This document shows positions 49,201 to 58,076 of a stretch of DNA of 64,000 nucleotides, one piece after another. The stretch's first letter is position 1, and each line of letters begins with the position of its first letter. Position numbers and translations under genes: made by a program. The notes below the pieces were generated by a model. That model saw nothing but the letters and a program-made list of their open reading frames with translations, searched no databases and was not told the origin of the DNA. The stretch is from an uncultured Desulfobacterales bacterium. Lineage in GTDB: Bacteria; Desulfobacterota; Desulfobacteria; Desulfobacterales; CAJINA01. The stretch is taken from assembly GCA_964636125.1 (NCBI GenBank), contig CAZWPX010000021.1, forward strand, positions 14,045 through 78,044. Reading direction: 5' to 3'.

Positions 49201-49546
49201 TGATATAGTGCTGCAGGCTGTCCGCACCCGGCAGGTCAGCCAGGTCTGACAAATGTTTAAGGATCAGCCAGGTCATGATTTCGGGGGCGTAGGGGGACGT
49301 CTCGGGCAGTTGGGCGATCTGCCGGAACAGGCTGTAGACAAACGCTTTGGGAAACAGGTATTCCAGGTGGGCGCAGATTCCGCACTGCCGTGCAATTTCC
49401 AGGCTCAACCAGCGTTGCATGCCCTTGCTCTGGACGATCACGATTTCCCGCTGCAGGGGGGGCAGCGGTTTGGCCTGCAGCTGCCGGGTGAGTTTCTGCT
49501 GGAGCGTTTCCAGCCGGTTGCCAGTATATAGTGTTAAACCGGGCAT
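46274..49546 (-). CDS. recC: Exodeoxyribonuclease V gamma subunit RecC
   Basis: 1090 aa with the N-terminus LYTGNRLETL typical of RecC. The gene ends 3 nt before the recB start. Confidence 0.85.
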   Translation of the reverse strand: MPGLTLYTGNRLETLQQKLTRQLQAKPLPPLQREIVIVQSKGMQRWLSLEIARQCGICAHLEYLFPKAFVYSLFRQIAQLPETSPYAPEIMTWLILKHLSDLADLPGADSLQHYISNDSTGLKKYQLATEIASLFERYIIMRPEMTTRWDRGDTRREAIFKESHWQAALWQMLSADTASSDGPIHHAALKNFFLKTEAPILDLPDRISVFGISTLPPFYIDIFSKIARQVAVDIYYLNPCREYWEYAYSSKQIARFTQTGLYEEDTYYDSGNSLLGSMGSAGREFFSLILSRVGDTGEDLFMEPGNRTLLASLQSDILNLEQPRAGDARPVPRDDSSIQIHACHSRFREVEVLHDLLLHQMDSQPELRPTDIVVMMPDVTAYAPLVQAVFDAPENETKKIPYSIADTLIRSSNRLADTFLALLSLDRTRYRTPAVLDLLEVRSVRRQFGIFTDDLELIKTWVTASGICWGIDGRHRESLGLPGFHENSWQFGLERLLLGYALPPDRQPDLFADILPYGDIEGDGARILGAFTRFVQALFTCCQALDRPRSPARWAARLEEVLDTFFINDETTADDFNQVRDTLTDTGLSGFTALAGFEETISIDVVRAYLEKRIGGQVQPFGFISRGVTFCTLLPMRSIPFKVVYMLGMNDGEFPRSNRTLGFDLMEKNRQLCDWSKRHEDRHLFLESILSARQKFIISYVGRSLKDNTDLPPSVLVGELLDYLAEGYTASDGRNMNNHVFTKHPLQPFSPLYFQGNGRLFSYSEQNCQAARQSLATDRLDETFPGAGLPPLTGTQWDTLGIGQLCRFFYNPAEFLARNRLHIYYELDDSGTLEEREPFELDSLQAYLIKNELADALLEGGDPDTWYAALRASGRLPHGRMGQTVFAGYQDEVQQFVDRVSPHRAGPAAPPVDLRIQLQGPVVTRLQGRLENLYTGGQLFFRCATVKVKDMLKAWVYHLALNAAPPPGQALTTTVIGADSCLAFKEVGTAAATAVLGKLVDCFREGLQEPLCFFPQTSYAYAEAIFVKGQSVAQAIEAARRKWYPGYYPGEGENLYLSRSFGSDLPETTAFQETALAVFEPLLAALPEEH

Positions 49547-49849
49547 ATCTTCCTGGAGGAGTCTTATGGGAGCAATAGAAATCAGATATCCGATACCGGT
49601 CCGATTGTCAATCGGCGGTTGGCGCGCTTTGGCTGAAAGTTGAAAAAAATCAAAAAGATAAGGTGTTTTTAACCCTGGTGTTTAACTGAATCCAAACCGG
49701 CGTCCGGTTTAAGCTGTTAAAATCTGGTTTGACAACCGGCCGTGCATTTCGTATCCATCAAGTGCGAATAGAAATTCACACGGAATGATCCCCGCGCTAA
49801 TATCAAAAGTGGGCACGATCTTCTATTAACTGCAAGCAAGGAGTGAAGA

Positions 49850-49969
49850 ATGGGTGCTGATAAACAAGTAGACCCCGAAAGTAAAGGTTACGAACCAATG
49901 TTTGTGATGCTGGCTTACCTGGCAGTGTTGATCACTGCGGCCGGCTGTATATATAAGTTGATGGGGTAG
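49850..49969 (+). CDS. Possible small membrane peptide (39 aa, below the track cutoff)
   Basis: My own translation is MGADKQVDPESKGYEPMFVMLAYLAVLITAAGCIYKLMG, after the RBS AAGGAGTGAAGA. It lies upstream of the HdrC-like gene. Confidence 0.35.
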   Translation: MGADKQVDPESKGYEPMFVMLAYLAVLITAAGCIYKLMG

Positions 49970-50123
49970 GGCTGCAAGGCAGGGCCGCCGCCACCCATTG
50001 ACGCTGTACAGGGCAAGGCGCGGGAGCCCCAACCGTGATGATACATAGACATTTTGGGGTCATCGCTATCAACAGCCGTCCCGAAACACAAGGCTGCGAG
50101 GGACAGGCTTGCGGAGGTCCCGG

Positions 50124-50993
50124 ATGATGCCTGCATCGATTACCCCCGATCCCAAAATTCGTCGGTTAATTGAACAGAAATCAACCGCAGGCAGCAATAT
50201 GTGCTGGACATGCGGCACCTGTGATTTTGAATGCCCGGTCTATATCAGCGCGCAGCGGCTGAACCCCCAGAAAATTATCCGGATGGCGAATCTGGGGATG
50301 CTGGAAGCGTTGCTAACGCTGCCGGATATCTGGTATTGCCTGATGTGTCGGCGCTGCCACAAGGGGTGCCCAAACGCCGTCAAGCCATTTGAGGTGATTG
50401 AGTACATTCGCCAGGAGGCAATCCAGCGCGGTGTGGTTCGTGCCGATATGCTGACCCGCCAGCGCGAATTGGTTTTCCGGTTTCAGCGGGTTCGCTGGCG
50501 AAGCATTGAAATCTGCAGGCACGGGGAATTGGCGGATCTGCCTGACGAACAGTGGCAGCAGTGGCTGAATGAACCTGTGCCGCCGGTTGTGGATGCCGTT
50601 AAGTTTGGTGGCGAGTTACCATCTGCACACCCTGGAAAATCCGTGGCGGATTCAAGCTCACAGGCCTGTTATACCTGCAGTGAATGCAGCGGCTGCTGCC
50701 CGATCTACAGCGAAAGGCCCGTGTTTGATCCCCAGTTCATCATCCGAATGGCAAATCTGGGACTCACAGATGAGCTGATCCACTCACCATCCATCTGGTT
50801 GTGCCTGCGCTGTGAAATGTGCGAGGGGGCCTGCAGTCAGAAAGTCCGGGGCCACAAAGTGATCCGGGATCTGCAGGAACTTGCCCTTGAGCGAGGCGTT
50901 GTCGGCCGTGGTTTCATGGAACGCTTCGCCAGAGCGGAGCACGTTCTCTATTCCCGTTTGGTTGTTGCCCTGGACGATCTTTTGAAGAAGTGA
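50124..50993 (+). CDS. Tandem-duplicated HdrC-like 4Fe-4S protein (4 x CxxCxxCxxxC)
   Basis: Cluster motifs CWTCGTCDFECP, CLMCRRCHKGCP, CYTCSECSGCCP and CLRCEMCEGACS. Both halves share P(Q)KIIRMANLG...IW.CL.C. ATG at 50124 after GGAGG. Confidence 0.75.
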   Translation: MMPASITPDPKIRRLIEQKSTAGSNMCWTCGTCDFECPVYISAQRLNPQKIIRMANLGMLEALLTLPDIWYCLMCRRCHKGCPNAVKPFEVIEYIRQEAIQRGVVRADMLTRQRELVFRFQRVRWRSIEICRHGELADLPDEQWQQWLNEPVPPVVDAVKFGGELPSAHPGKSVADSSSQACYTCSECSGCCPIYSERPVFDPQFIIRMANLGLTDELIHSPSIWLCLRCEMCEGACSQKVRGHKVIRDLQELALERGVVGRGFMERFARAEHVLYSRLVVALDDLLKK

Positions 50994-51024
50994 TTCAGTT
51001 ACAGTTAAATCGGGCGCCGGTTAT

Positions 51025-52245
51025 TTAGTCGGCTTCAAACCGCTGTTCAATTATCAATGCCGGTTTAAGGAGCAGGGTGACCACGAATATGCCCAGGGCC
51101 AGGACACCCAGGGTGATACTGATTTCCACCCAGCTGGGGGCATAATTGACCACCTCACCCATGGGGGAGGGGACCAGGCCGGGTATGATCAGCCCGATTC
51201 CTTTCTCGATCCAGATTCCCAGAAACAGGAAGATGCAGGCCGGCAGGAACACCAACGGATTGCTGCGTCCCGGGATAAATGCCAGGGACAGGGTCCCGAG
51301 CAGGTTCAGGGAGATGGCCGTCCAGATCCAGGGCACCAGGGCGTTGTGGCCTTCCAGGCCGAAGTACAGGTATTCAGCCGGAAGGCTGTGGTGCGTGGGG
51401 AAATAGAACTCCTTAAATACTTCAGAGAAAAGCATGATCAGGTTGATAAGCGCTGAGACCACGATGATGCGTTTGAGTTTGATGAACACTTCCGGTTCAA
51501 TTTTAAAGGTGGTGACCCGGGTGACGATCACCAGGACCACGGTGATCAACGCCGGGCCGGCCGCAAAAGCCGAGGCCAGGAACCGCGGCCCCATGAGCGG
51601 GTTGTTCCAGAATGGCCGGGCAGGCAGCCCCTGGTATAAAAATGCGGTGACCAGATGAATGCCGAAGGCCCAGAAAATGGAGAGGAAGACAAAGGGACGA
51701 TATAATTTCTCGACCGGCTTGCGGTTGTGATAATGGCAAAACAGGATATAGGCCGGTACCATCAGGTTCAGGGCCAGATAGCCGTTCAGTACGAGTACAT
51801 CCCAGGTTAAAAGAGAGGTCGGCCAGTTGAAAAGCCCGATTACCGGGATCATGTGCCAGGCCTGCAGCGGCCCGCCGAGATCAACGAATACGAACGTCAG
51901 GCACATTACCAGCGCGCCGATGGCCACCACTTCGCCGATAATAACGACTTTGTGCAGGTCTTTGTCCTTAAATATGTAGGAGGGCAGGATGATCATCACG
52001 GCTGCAGCGGCCACACCCACCAGGAAGGTGAAATTGGAGATATAAAACCCCCAGCTGACGATGTCCGACATATTGGTTACCGTCAGGCCGACATTGAACT
52101 GGACAAAATAGGCATATACACCCTGGACCATGGTGGCCGCGAGGATGCACAGAAAGATCTGGTAGCCCAGGCCGCCGGACAGGCTCCAGGTGACCACGTC
52201 TTTTATAAAAACCGTCAACTCCTTTACGGGAGACTGCTTCTCCAT
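51025..52245 (-). CDS. NrfD/PsrC-family integral membrane quinol-interacting subunit
   Basis: 406 aa and about 10 TM helices. It lies directly downstream of the NrfC-like Fe-S subunit. RBS GGAGAA. Confidence 0.75.
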   Translation of the reverse strand: MEKQSPVKELTVFIKDVVTWSLSGGLGYQIFLCILAATMVQGVYAYFVQFNVGLTVTNMSDIVSWGFYISNFTFLVGVAAAAVMIILPSYIFKDKDLHKVVIIGEVVAIGALVMCLTFVFVDLGGPLQAWHMIPVIGLFNWPTSLLTWDVLVLNGYLALNLMVPAYILFCHYHNRKPVEKLYRPFVFLSIFWAFGIHLVTAFLYQGLPARPFWNNPLMGPRFLASAFAAGPALITVVLVIVTRVTTFKIEPEVFIKLKRIIVVSALINLIMLFSEVFKEFYFPTHHSLPAEYLYFGLEGHNALVPWIWTAISLNLLGTLSLAFIPGRSNPLVFLPACIFLFLGIWIEKGIGLIIPGLVPSPMGEVVNYAPSWVEISITLGVLALGIFVVTLLLKPALIIEQRFEAD

Positions 52246-52263
52246 AATATTTCTCCTGAACTG

Positions 52264-53235
52264 CTAATCTATAAAATACCAGAACTTCGGATCCGTCCCC
52301 AGGTCCTCTTTGAAACGGAACACCTTTTTATTCGCCAGGACGAACCGGATTTCACTATTGGGGTCCAACAGGTTTCCAAACACCCGCGCTCCGGTGGGGC
52401 AGGCCTCGGCACAGGCGGGCAGTTTGCCTTTCCGGCTGCGTTGTATGCAGAAGGTGCATTTTTCCATCTGGCCGCGGTGGCGCAGCCGGTTTCCAAGATA
52501 GTGCTGCTTGCGGGTTATCTCGTGAGCGGGGACCTGCGGTTCGTTCCAATTGAAGCGGCGGCCGTAGTAGGGACAGGCTGCAATGCAGTAGCGGCAGCCG
52601 ATGCACCAGTCATAATCGACCACGACGATGCCATCCGGTTCCTGCCAGGTGGCTTTTGTGGGGCAGGCTTTGACACAGGGGGCGTTTTGGCAATGAAAGC
52701 ATTGCACGCCCATATAGTGCCGGCCGGCAACCGGGACCTCGTGGAAATACTTGCCATCCCCATCTTCCGGGGACATTTTGCCGTGCTCCATCTCGAATAT
52801 CCGGATATACTGGGTCTTCGACTGGCGGTCGAGGTTGTTCTCCTTCACGCAGGCCGCCACGCATTCCATGTAGCCTTCGCACCGGGTCACATTAAACGCA
52901 TATCCGAATAATACGCCTTCAACCGGTTCTTTGCTGCTTACCTGAACATCGACCCCTTTTTGGGCCTTGGCCAGCTGTTCCAGGCGCCGGACGGTCTCTT
53001 CCTTCTCCTGGGCGGTCATCAGGCGGTAGTTTTTTTTGAAATATTCCTTAAACCGCAGAGAAGCTTCGTCGCTGGGCCCGAACATGCCGGTGCCACACCC
53101 GGGCGTCATTGCGGCACTGCCCAGGGCGGCTGCTTTTACGGCCCCCTTGAGAAATGCCCGTCGCCCGCACCTTTTCTTCTGGTCCGGACTGCCCTCTGGC
53201 GGTTTTTGACTGACTCTGTTTTTTCGAGGATCCAT
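52264..53235 (-). CDS. TAT-exported NrfC/PsrB/DmsB-type 4x[4Fe-4S] ferredoxin subunit
   Basis: Twin-arginine motif GRRAFLKGAVKAAALGSAA. Cluster motifs CEGYMECVAAC, CFHCQNAPCVKACP, CIGCRYCIAACP and CTFC...LPACAEACP. Start at 53235 after AGGAAAG. Confidence 0.8.
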   Translation of the reverse strand: MDPRKNRVSQKPPEGSPDQKKRCGRRAFLKGAVKAAALGSAAMTPGCGTGMFGPSDEASLRFKEYFKKNYRLMTAQEKEETVRRLEQLAKAQKGVDVQVSSKEPVEGVLFGYAFNVTRCEGYMECVAACVKENNLDRQSKTQYIRIFEMEHGKMSPEDGDGKYFHEVPVAGRHYMGVQCFHCQNAPCVKACPTKATWQEPDGIVVVDYDWCIGCRYCIAACPYYGRRFNWNEPQVPAHEITRKQHYLGNRLRHRGQMEKCTFCIQRSRKGKLPACAEACPTGARVFGNLLDPNSEIRFVLANKKVFRFKEDLGTDPKFWYFID

Positions 53236-53243
53236 ATGCTTTC

Positions 53244-53867
53244 CTATTTGCTCAGCGGAATTGAGTAGGTTTTGGGCCACCGTTTTTCAAAAAGGGGTGC
53301 GTGCGGGTCGTGACAGGCGGTACAGTTCTTGACCACCCGTGTGCCGGCCCAGTTGGCGACCCTTTTGCCGTGCGCACCGCCCACCCAGTCTTTTTTCTGC
53401 CTGAAATGGCACTGCCCGCACATCTGGTAGCTGTGGTCCATGTCGATGCGCGATCCTTTTTCAGCAACCAGGTAATCACGCTCATCTTTCTTATGGCATG
53501 TAAAGCAGTCCAGCGGTTTCAATTTTCCGCCGTGAACCAGGGTGATATCACCGTGGGCCAGTTCAGCGGCTTTGGACGCTTTCACTTCCTTGTTGGTGTG
53601 GCACTGGCTGCATTGGAAGCGTTCCATTTTATCCTTGCGGGTTTCCACCCGGAACAGGCCTCCCTGGTATTTTGACTGTGCGATTACCGATCGCGCTGGA
53701 GATTCTATGATCGCATCCACACGTGCTTCATCGTTTACCGGAGCTGTCGCCTTTTTGTAGGTTTCAACGACGCCCGCCTGTTCGGAATGGGCCGACCAGC
53801 CTGTGCCCAGTACAGCCAGTGCGGGTAAAATCATGAAAAGGCATATTTTTGCTATTGGTGTCTGCAT
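53244..53867 (-). CDS. Periplasmic tetrahaem cytochrome c (c3/NrfB/NapM-like role)
   Basis: Signal peptide MQTPIAKICLFMILPALAVLG. Four CxxCH motifs: CSQCH, CFTCH, CGQCH and CTACH. Confidence 0.8.
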   Translation of the reverse strand: MQTPIAKICLFMILPALAVLGTGWSAHSEQAGVVETYKKATAPVNDEARVDAIIESPARSVIAQSKYQGGLFRVETRKDKMERFQCSQCHTNKEVKASKAAELAHGDITLVHGGKLKPLDCFTCHKKDERDYLVAEKGSRIDMDHSYQMCGQCHFRQKKDWVGGAHGKRVANWAGTRVVKNCTACHDPHAPLFEKRWPKTYSIPLSK

Positions 53868-53894
53868 GGATTTCCTAACCCGTTCGTAATTGCA

Positions 53895-54572
53895 TTAACG
53901 TTGAAATAATCCAGCAGCAGCGTCGGTGACGTGGCACTGGCGGCAGTTGCCCCGGGACGGGTGATCCACCCGTATGGCGTTGACCGCGCCGGGTCCCACA
54001 TGACAGGCGATGCAGTCGCCCCGCATCTGAAGTCCATGGGGGATGGGCGGCGGCCCGCCGGGGAGGTACGAACGTCCCAGCCGGGGTGTTGTGACACTTA
54101 TCCAGGCATTTTGTACGAACAGGCCTTCGGTTGTCATCTCCACGTGGCATTGGCGGCAGGCGGTCTGTTCCGGATGCGGCGTCAGCGGTGTATTTCTTTT
54201 GAATTCCGCGGTCCAGCCGCCTTTGGCGTGACAGGTCAAGCACTGCAGCTGCATATTGTCGGGCTTCTCAACTTTATGCGGGATAAAGGGCGGTGAACCT
54301 GGATACTGCCGGCGGGAGTAGTACTCACTGAGGGTGCGCTCTGTGGATATGCCGCCCAGATACTCCTGGGAGATCCGGTCATAGTTTTCAAAAATAGTGC
54401 CGCCCCGGTAATCAAAATTGCCGTCCGGGGGCGTGAGTGTGGCCGCGGCCGGCTCCTCGGATTCGTAAGAGAAAGCTGAAAATACAACCAGCGGCAGGGC
54501 CAGGATGCAGATTGCGGCAAACCCGAGAAAAACCTTTCCTATCTTAGGATTGTTTTTTTGCGTTTCCATCAT
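53895..54572 (-). CDS. napB: Membrane-anchored tetrahaem cytochrome made of two tandem NapB-like dihaem modules
   Basis: Module 1 is [12 protein letters not shown]...CLTCH...[14 protein letters not shown]. Module 2 is [20 protein letters not shown]...[14 protein letters not shown]. Both follow the E. coli NapB pattern PPMIPH...CLQCH...PTH...CLQCHV. The start overlaps the napA stop as ATGA. Confidence 0.7.
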   Translation of the reverse strand: MMETQKNNPKIGKVFLGFAAICILALPLVVFSAFSYESEEPAAATLTPPDGNFDYRGGTIFENYDRISQEYLGGISTERTLSEYYSRRQYPGSPPFIPHKVEKPDNMQLQCLTCHAKGGWTAEFKRNTPLTPHPEQTACRQCHVEMTTEGLFVQNAWISVTTPRLGRSYLPGGPPPIPHGLQMRGDCIACHVGPGAVNAIRVDHPSRGNCRQCHVTDAAAGLFQR

Positions 54573-56884
54573 GCTCTCTCCACTTTTACGGCGCATTTTT
54601 TATAATCCGGTTGTTTTGAAATGGGGCAGAACGCATCCAGCGTCACCTCATTGATCAAATGGCTTTCGTCGAAGAAAGGCACGAAGACCATACCCCGGGG
54701 TGGTTTCCCGCGGCCATCGATACTGGCTGTCATTTCAACCGATCCTCGTCGGGAGGAAACCTTGACCTTGCTGCCGTTGGTGATACCTAACTCGGCGGCA
54801 TCGGCAGAATGGATTTCAACGTAGGAAGCGGGCACGGCCTTGTGCAGGATCGGAACCCGGCGGGTCATGGAACCGGTATGCCAGTGTTCCAGAACCCGGC
54901 CCGTGTTCAGCCAGAACGGATATTGGCCATCGGGTGATTCCGCCGGAGGTTCGTAGGGCCGCAGCCAGATCCAGGCGCGGTTGTCCTTCTTACCGTAAAA
55001 ATCAAAATCCTTGCCCTTGGCCGCCGGGTCGTACTTGGCGTTGAAACGCCACTTGGTCTCCATGCCGTCCACGAACGGCCATTGCACACCGGACCGGGAT
55101 TTGAGCACCTTGTAAGGGGCCATACGGTGTTTCGGGCTGTCGTGGAAACGGCTGTACTCGTTCCAGATGTCTTCGATATAGGTTTCCCGGCTCCAGGGGA
55201 ACTGTTTTTCGTATCCCAGCCGGCGAGCAATTTCGATGAGCTGCCAGGTATTGCACATGGTGTTGCCCGGCATGGGGACGATCTGTTCATTGTGCTGGGT
55301 GCGCCGTTCGGAGTTCCCGAAAAAGCCTTCTCGTTCGATCCACAGGGCTGAAGGGAGAATTACATCGGCCACATCTGAGGTCGGGGTGGGGTAGATTTCG
55401 GACACAACCACGAAGCGGCCGTCTTTTTTGGCACCATCCCGGTACCTTCTCAGATTGGGCATCGTGACCATGGGGTTAGTGACCTGAATCCACATGAAAC
55501 GGATATCCCCCCGATCCAGGGCCCGGAACATCTCGACGGTGTGATAGGTAGGCTTGGGGTCAATGTTGGTAACCGGTACGTCCCAGATTTTAGCCGCCAT
55601 CTGGCGCGCTTTTTCCTTCATGACCACCCCGTGAGGCAGCTTATGGGTCAGGGTGCCGACCTCGCGAACAGTGCCGCAGGCGCTGGGCTGACCGGTCAGG
55701 GAAAAGGGGCTGTTGCCGGGGGAAGAAATTTTACCGGTTAAAAGATGAATATTGTAGACCAGGTTATTGATCCAAGTGCCGCGGGTGTGCTGGTTCATGC
55801 CCATGCACCAGAAGGAGGTGACTTTTTTATCCGGATCACCGTAGAGCGCAGCCAGGTATTTGATGTCTTTGGCCGGTACGCCGGACAGTTTTTCAACCTT
55901 TTCGGGTGTGTAATCGGCTAAAAATGCCTTGTAAGCTTCAAAATCAACAGTCTCGGCTTTGTCCTTGAACTTGAAGTGGTCTTCGGTACCGTAGCCGATA
56001 TTGGTTTTGCCCTTGTGGAAAGAGACGTGTTTTTTAACAAAATCCCAGTTTACCCATTTATTGCGGATGATTTCGTAACAGATGGCATTGGCCACGGCCA
56101 GGTCCGTCTGGGGTTTAAACAGGATCGATTTGTCAGCAGCCTGGCTGGTGCGCGTGGTGCGCGTGGCAAAATCGATGATCTTGACGTGTTTTTTGGCTTT
56201 GCGGTTGGCCAGCATACGCGAAAAGAGCACCGGGTGCATTTCCGTCATGTTGTTGCCCCAGGTGACGAAAACATCAGCGTGATCGATATCATCATAACAG
56301 CCCATGGGTTCGTCGAGACCGAAGCTGGTCAAAAAACCGGTCACCGCGCTGGCCATGCACAGGCGCGCGTTGGCTTCCACGTTGTTGGTGCCGATGCAGC
56401 CTTTGAACAGTTTGGAAGCGGCATAGCCGTCGGCTATCGACCATTGCCCGGAGCCGTAAATAGAAACAGCATCTTTACCGTGGTCTTTAATGGTGGCCTT
56501 CATTTTTTCAGCAATCAAGTCGAGTGCTTCCTGAACCGGGACTTTTACCATCTTCCCGTTTCGGCGGATCAGGGCATCGTGGAAACGGTCGTTACCATAG
56601 AGGATCTGGACTGAATGGTATCCCTTCACGCAGCAAAGGCCTTTGTTGACGCTGCAATTGGGATCCCCTTTAACCGCTACAGCGCGGTCGCCGGATACCC
56701 CGGCCAGCAGGCCGCAGCCCGTGCCGCAGAATCGACAGGGTGTCTTTTTCCACTCAATCGAACCTGCGGGCAGGTCTGTACTTTTCCACGCCCCGAAACT
56801 GATACCCGGGAACAGCGTTGTCGCGGCGGCGGCCGCGCTGTTCAAGGCCATGGCCTTAATGAATGCTCTTCTGGTAATAGTCAT
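54569..56884 (-). CDS. napA: Periplasmic nitrate reductase catalytic subunit NapA (Mo-bisMGD, 4Fe-4S)
   Basis: TAT signal [21 protein letters not shown]. Fe-S motif CRFCGTGCG. Long colinear matches to E. coli NapA as I remember it: [71 protein letters not shown] and DYKKCAVK. Confidence 0.92.
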   Translation of the reverse strand: MTITRRAFIKAMALNSAAAAATTLFPGISFGAWKSTDLPAGSIEWKKTPCRFCGTGCGLLAGVSGDRAVAVKGDPNCSVNKGLCCVKGYHSVQILYGNDRFHDALIRRNGKMVKVPVQEALDLIAEKMKATIKDHGKDAVSIYGSGQWSIADGYAASKLFKGCIGTNNVEANARLCMASAVTGFLTSFGLDEPMGCYDDIDHADVFVTWGNNMTEMHPVLFSRMLANRKAKKHVKIIDFATRTTRTSQAADKSILFKPQTDLAVANAICYEIIRNKWVNWDFVKKHVSFHKGKTNIGYGTEDHFKFKDKAETVDFEAYKAFLADYTPEKVEKLSGVPAKDIKYLAALYGDPDKKVTSFWCMGMNQHTRGTWINNLVYNIHLLTGKISSPGNSPFSLTGQPSACGTVREVGTLTHKLPHGVVMKEKARQMAAKIWDVPVTNIDPKPTYHTVEMFRALDRGDIRFMWIQVTNPMVTMPNLRRYRDGAKKDGRFVVVSEIYPTPTSDVADVILPSALWIEREGFFGNSERRTQHNEQIVPMPGNTMCNTWQLIEIARRLGYEKQFPWSRETYIEDIWNEYSRFHDSPKHRMAPYKVLKSRSGVQWPFVDGMETKWRFNAKYDPAAKGKDFDFYGKKDNRAWIWLRPYEPPAESPDGQYPFWLNTGRVLEHWHTGSMTRRVPILHKAVPASYVEIHSADAAELGITNGSKVKVSSRRGSVEMTASIDGRGKPPRGMVFVPFFDESHLINEVTLDAFCPISKQPDYKKCAVKVERA

Positions 56885-56913
56885 CTGCCGCTCCTTTTTT
56901 CTGGCGTCACTGT

Positions 56914-57144
56914 TTACTCGTCCCCATGGCCAAATGTCATGCCAAGGGATTGTAAAGATTGTAATTTTTTTAATTTTTGGTGCAGTTTTTTTTCGGTATC
57001 GTCATCCGGCGTATCGGTAACCAGCAACAGGATCTCTTCGTTATCGGCCGGGGTTACCTCACAGTATTCAAGGGCTGCCAGTTCCTGGTACAGCACCTCT
57101 TTTGATCCCTTTTGCGGGTAGGCGAGATAGCTCATGATTGGCAT
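56914..57144 (-). CDS. napD: NapD-like chaperone
   Basis: 76 aa, immediately upstream of napA. Its layout (IMSYLAY... [23 protein letters not shown]) resembles NapD. RBS AAGGAG. Confidence 0.55.
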   Translation of the reverse strand: MPIMSYLAYPQKGSKEVLYQELAALEYCEVTPADNEEILLLVTDTPDDDTEKKLHQKLKKLQSLQSLGMTFGHGDE

Positions 57145-57184
57145 AGGGGGCTCCTTGCTATTAGGTCACAGGTGTTGGGGCTTT

Positions 57185-57319
57185 TACGGTACCGTAGACA
57201 AGTGGTACTGTCTTTGGGTGAACGGTATTCAGATACCGTAAGCGGTTTAGAAAATGTATACAGGAAGAGCTTATAAAAGAAATTGACTTAGGTCAAAGAA
57301 TAATACCACAATGTGGTAT
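57185..57319. promoter_or_regulatory. nap upstream control region with three inverted repeats built from ATACC-type half-sites
   Basis: TACGGTACCGTA at 57185-57196. ACGGTAT-TCAG-ATACCGT at 57222-57239. AATACCACAATGTGGTATT at 57301-57319. All lie between the ModE-like gene and napD. Confidence 0.45.
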
Positions 57320-57396
57320 TATGCTATCTGCCATGGACTCTAAAAGAATTTTAAATATTGAAACTATTTCAGATATATGATGGCTGTTGGGAGTGG

Positions 57397-57762
57397 TCAA
57401 TCGGTGTTGCGGAATTCGGATTTCCCGCCTGGTTTTAAAAAAATATCGTCAAAGATGCGATCATCGGCTGCCAGGCATTGCTGGCGCAATTTGGAAAACG
57501 TTTTCATCAGGCGTCTACCTGCAGGGGTCAAACGGGTACCGGTTTTTCTATCGGAGCGAACCACGCGGAGCTGCAGATGCTTTTCGGTGGATTTGATTTT
57601 GCTCCAGACGGTTTTATACGACATCTTCAACTGCTTTGCCGTCTGATTGATCGAGCCGGTCCGTTGAATGGTCTCTAAGATCTCCATGCGGCCTTTGCCG
57701 AAGATGATGTTGCTGTCCGGGTCTACAATCCAGTGGCTGGACCTTAACTCTAACTTTACCAT
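57397..57762 (-). CDS. ModE N-terminal-domain-like winged-helix regulator (no Mop/TOBE domain)
   Basis: GKGRMEILETIQRTGSINQTAKQLKMSYKTVWSKIKSTE matches the ModE/LysR-type HTH pattern (GSIS.AA..L.MSY..AW). 121 aa. Confidence 0.7.
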   Translation of the reverse strand: MVKLELRSSHWIVDPDSNIIFGKGRMEILETIQRTGSINQTAKQLKMSYKTVWSKIKSTEKHLQLRVVRSDRKTGTRLTPAGRRLMKTFSKLRQQCLAADDRIFDDIFLKPGGKSEFRNTD

Positions 57763-58076
57763 GGGGTAAATGTACCACCAACCCCCGATATTGGCAACAC
57801 CGGTCGCGGTAAAATCTTCCGGTTGAAATGATCTTTCCGGTGTACATTTTTTCCGCGGCCCCTACGCCTACAGTGAGCGTGCATTATTGCGATATTCGCC
57901 GTAGGATTCAGGCAGTCGAATGATATCATTTGTATTTACACCCTTAGTTATGTTAAGTGTAACATAAGGTGGGACTAAGCTGAGGCTTGACATGCAAATT
58001 GGCCCCTGAATTGTCTGCGGGCACCAGCGATCAAGCGACTTGATACTGGTCCCGGACTTTATTTACAGGAATCGTC

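Noticed and set aside
51853-52911. A 352-aa + strand ORF across the NrfD-like and NrfC-like genes
   Set aside because: It is antisense to two well-supported genes and spans their boundary. It has no motifs.
57763-58076. A Moco riboswitch upstream of the FmdE/MoeA-like genes; I also looked in the nap leader
   Set aside because: I could not find the conserved Moco-motif segments as I remember them (CUCCGAGCC-like 5' element, GCCUCCC / AAAGGAG-like 3' element). A covariance-model search (Rfam RF01055) would be needed to exclude it.
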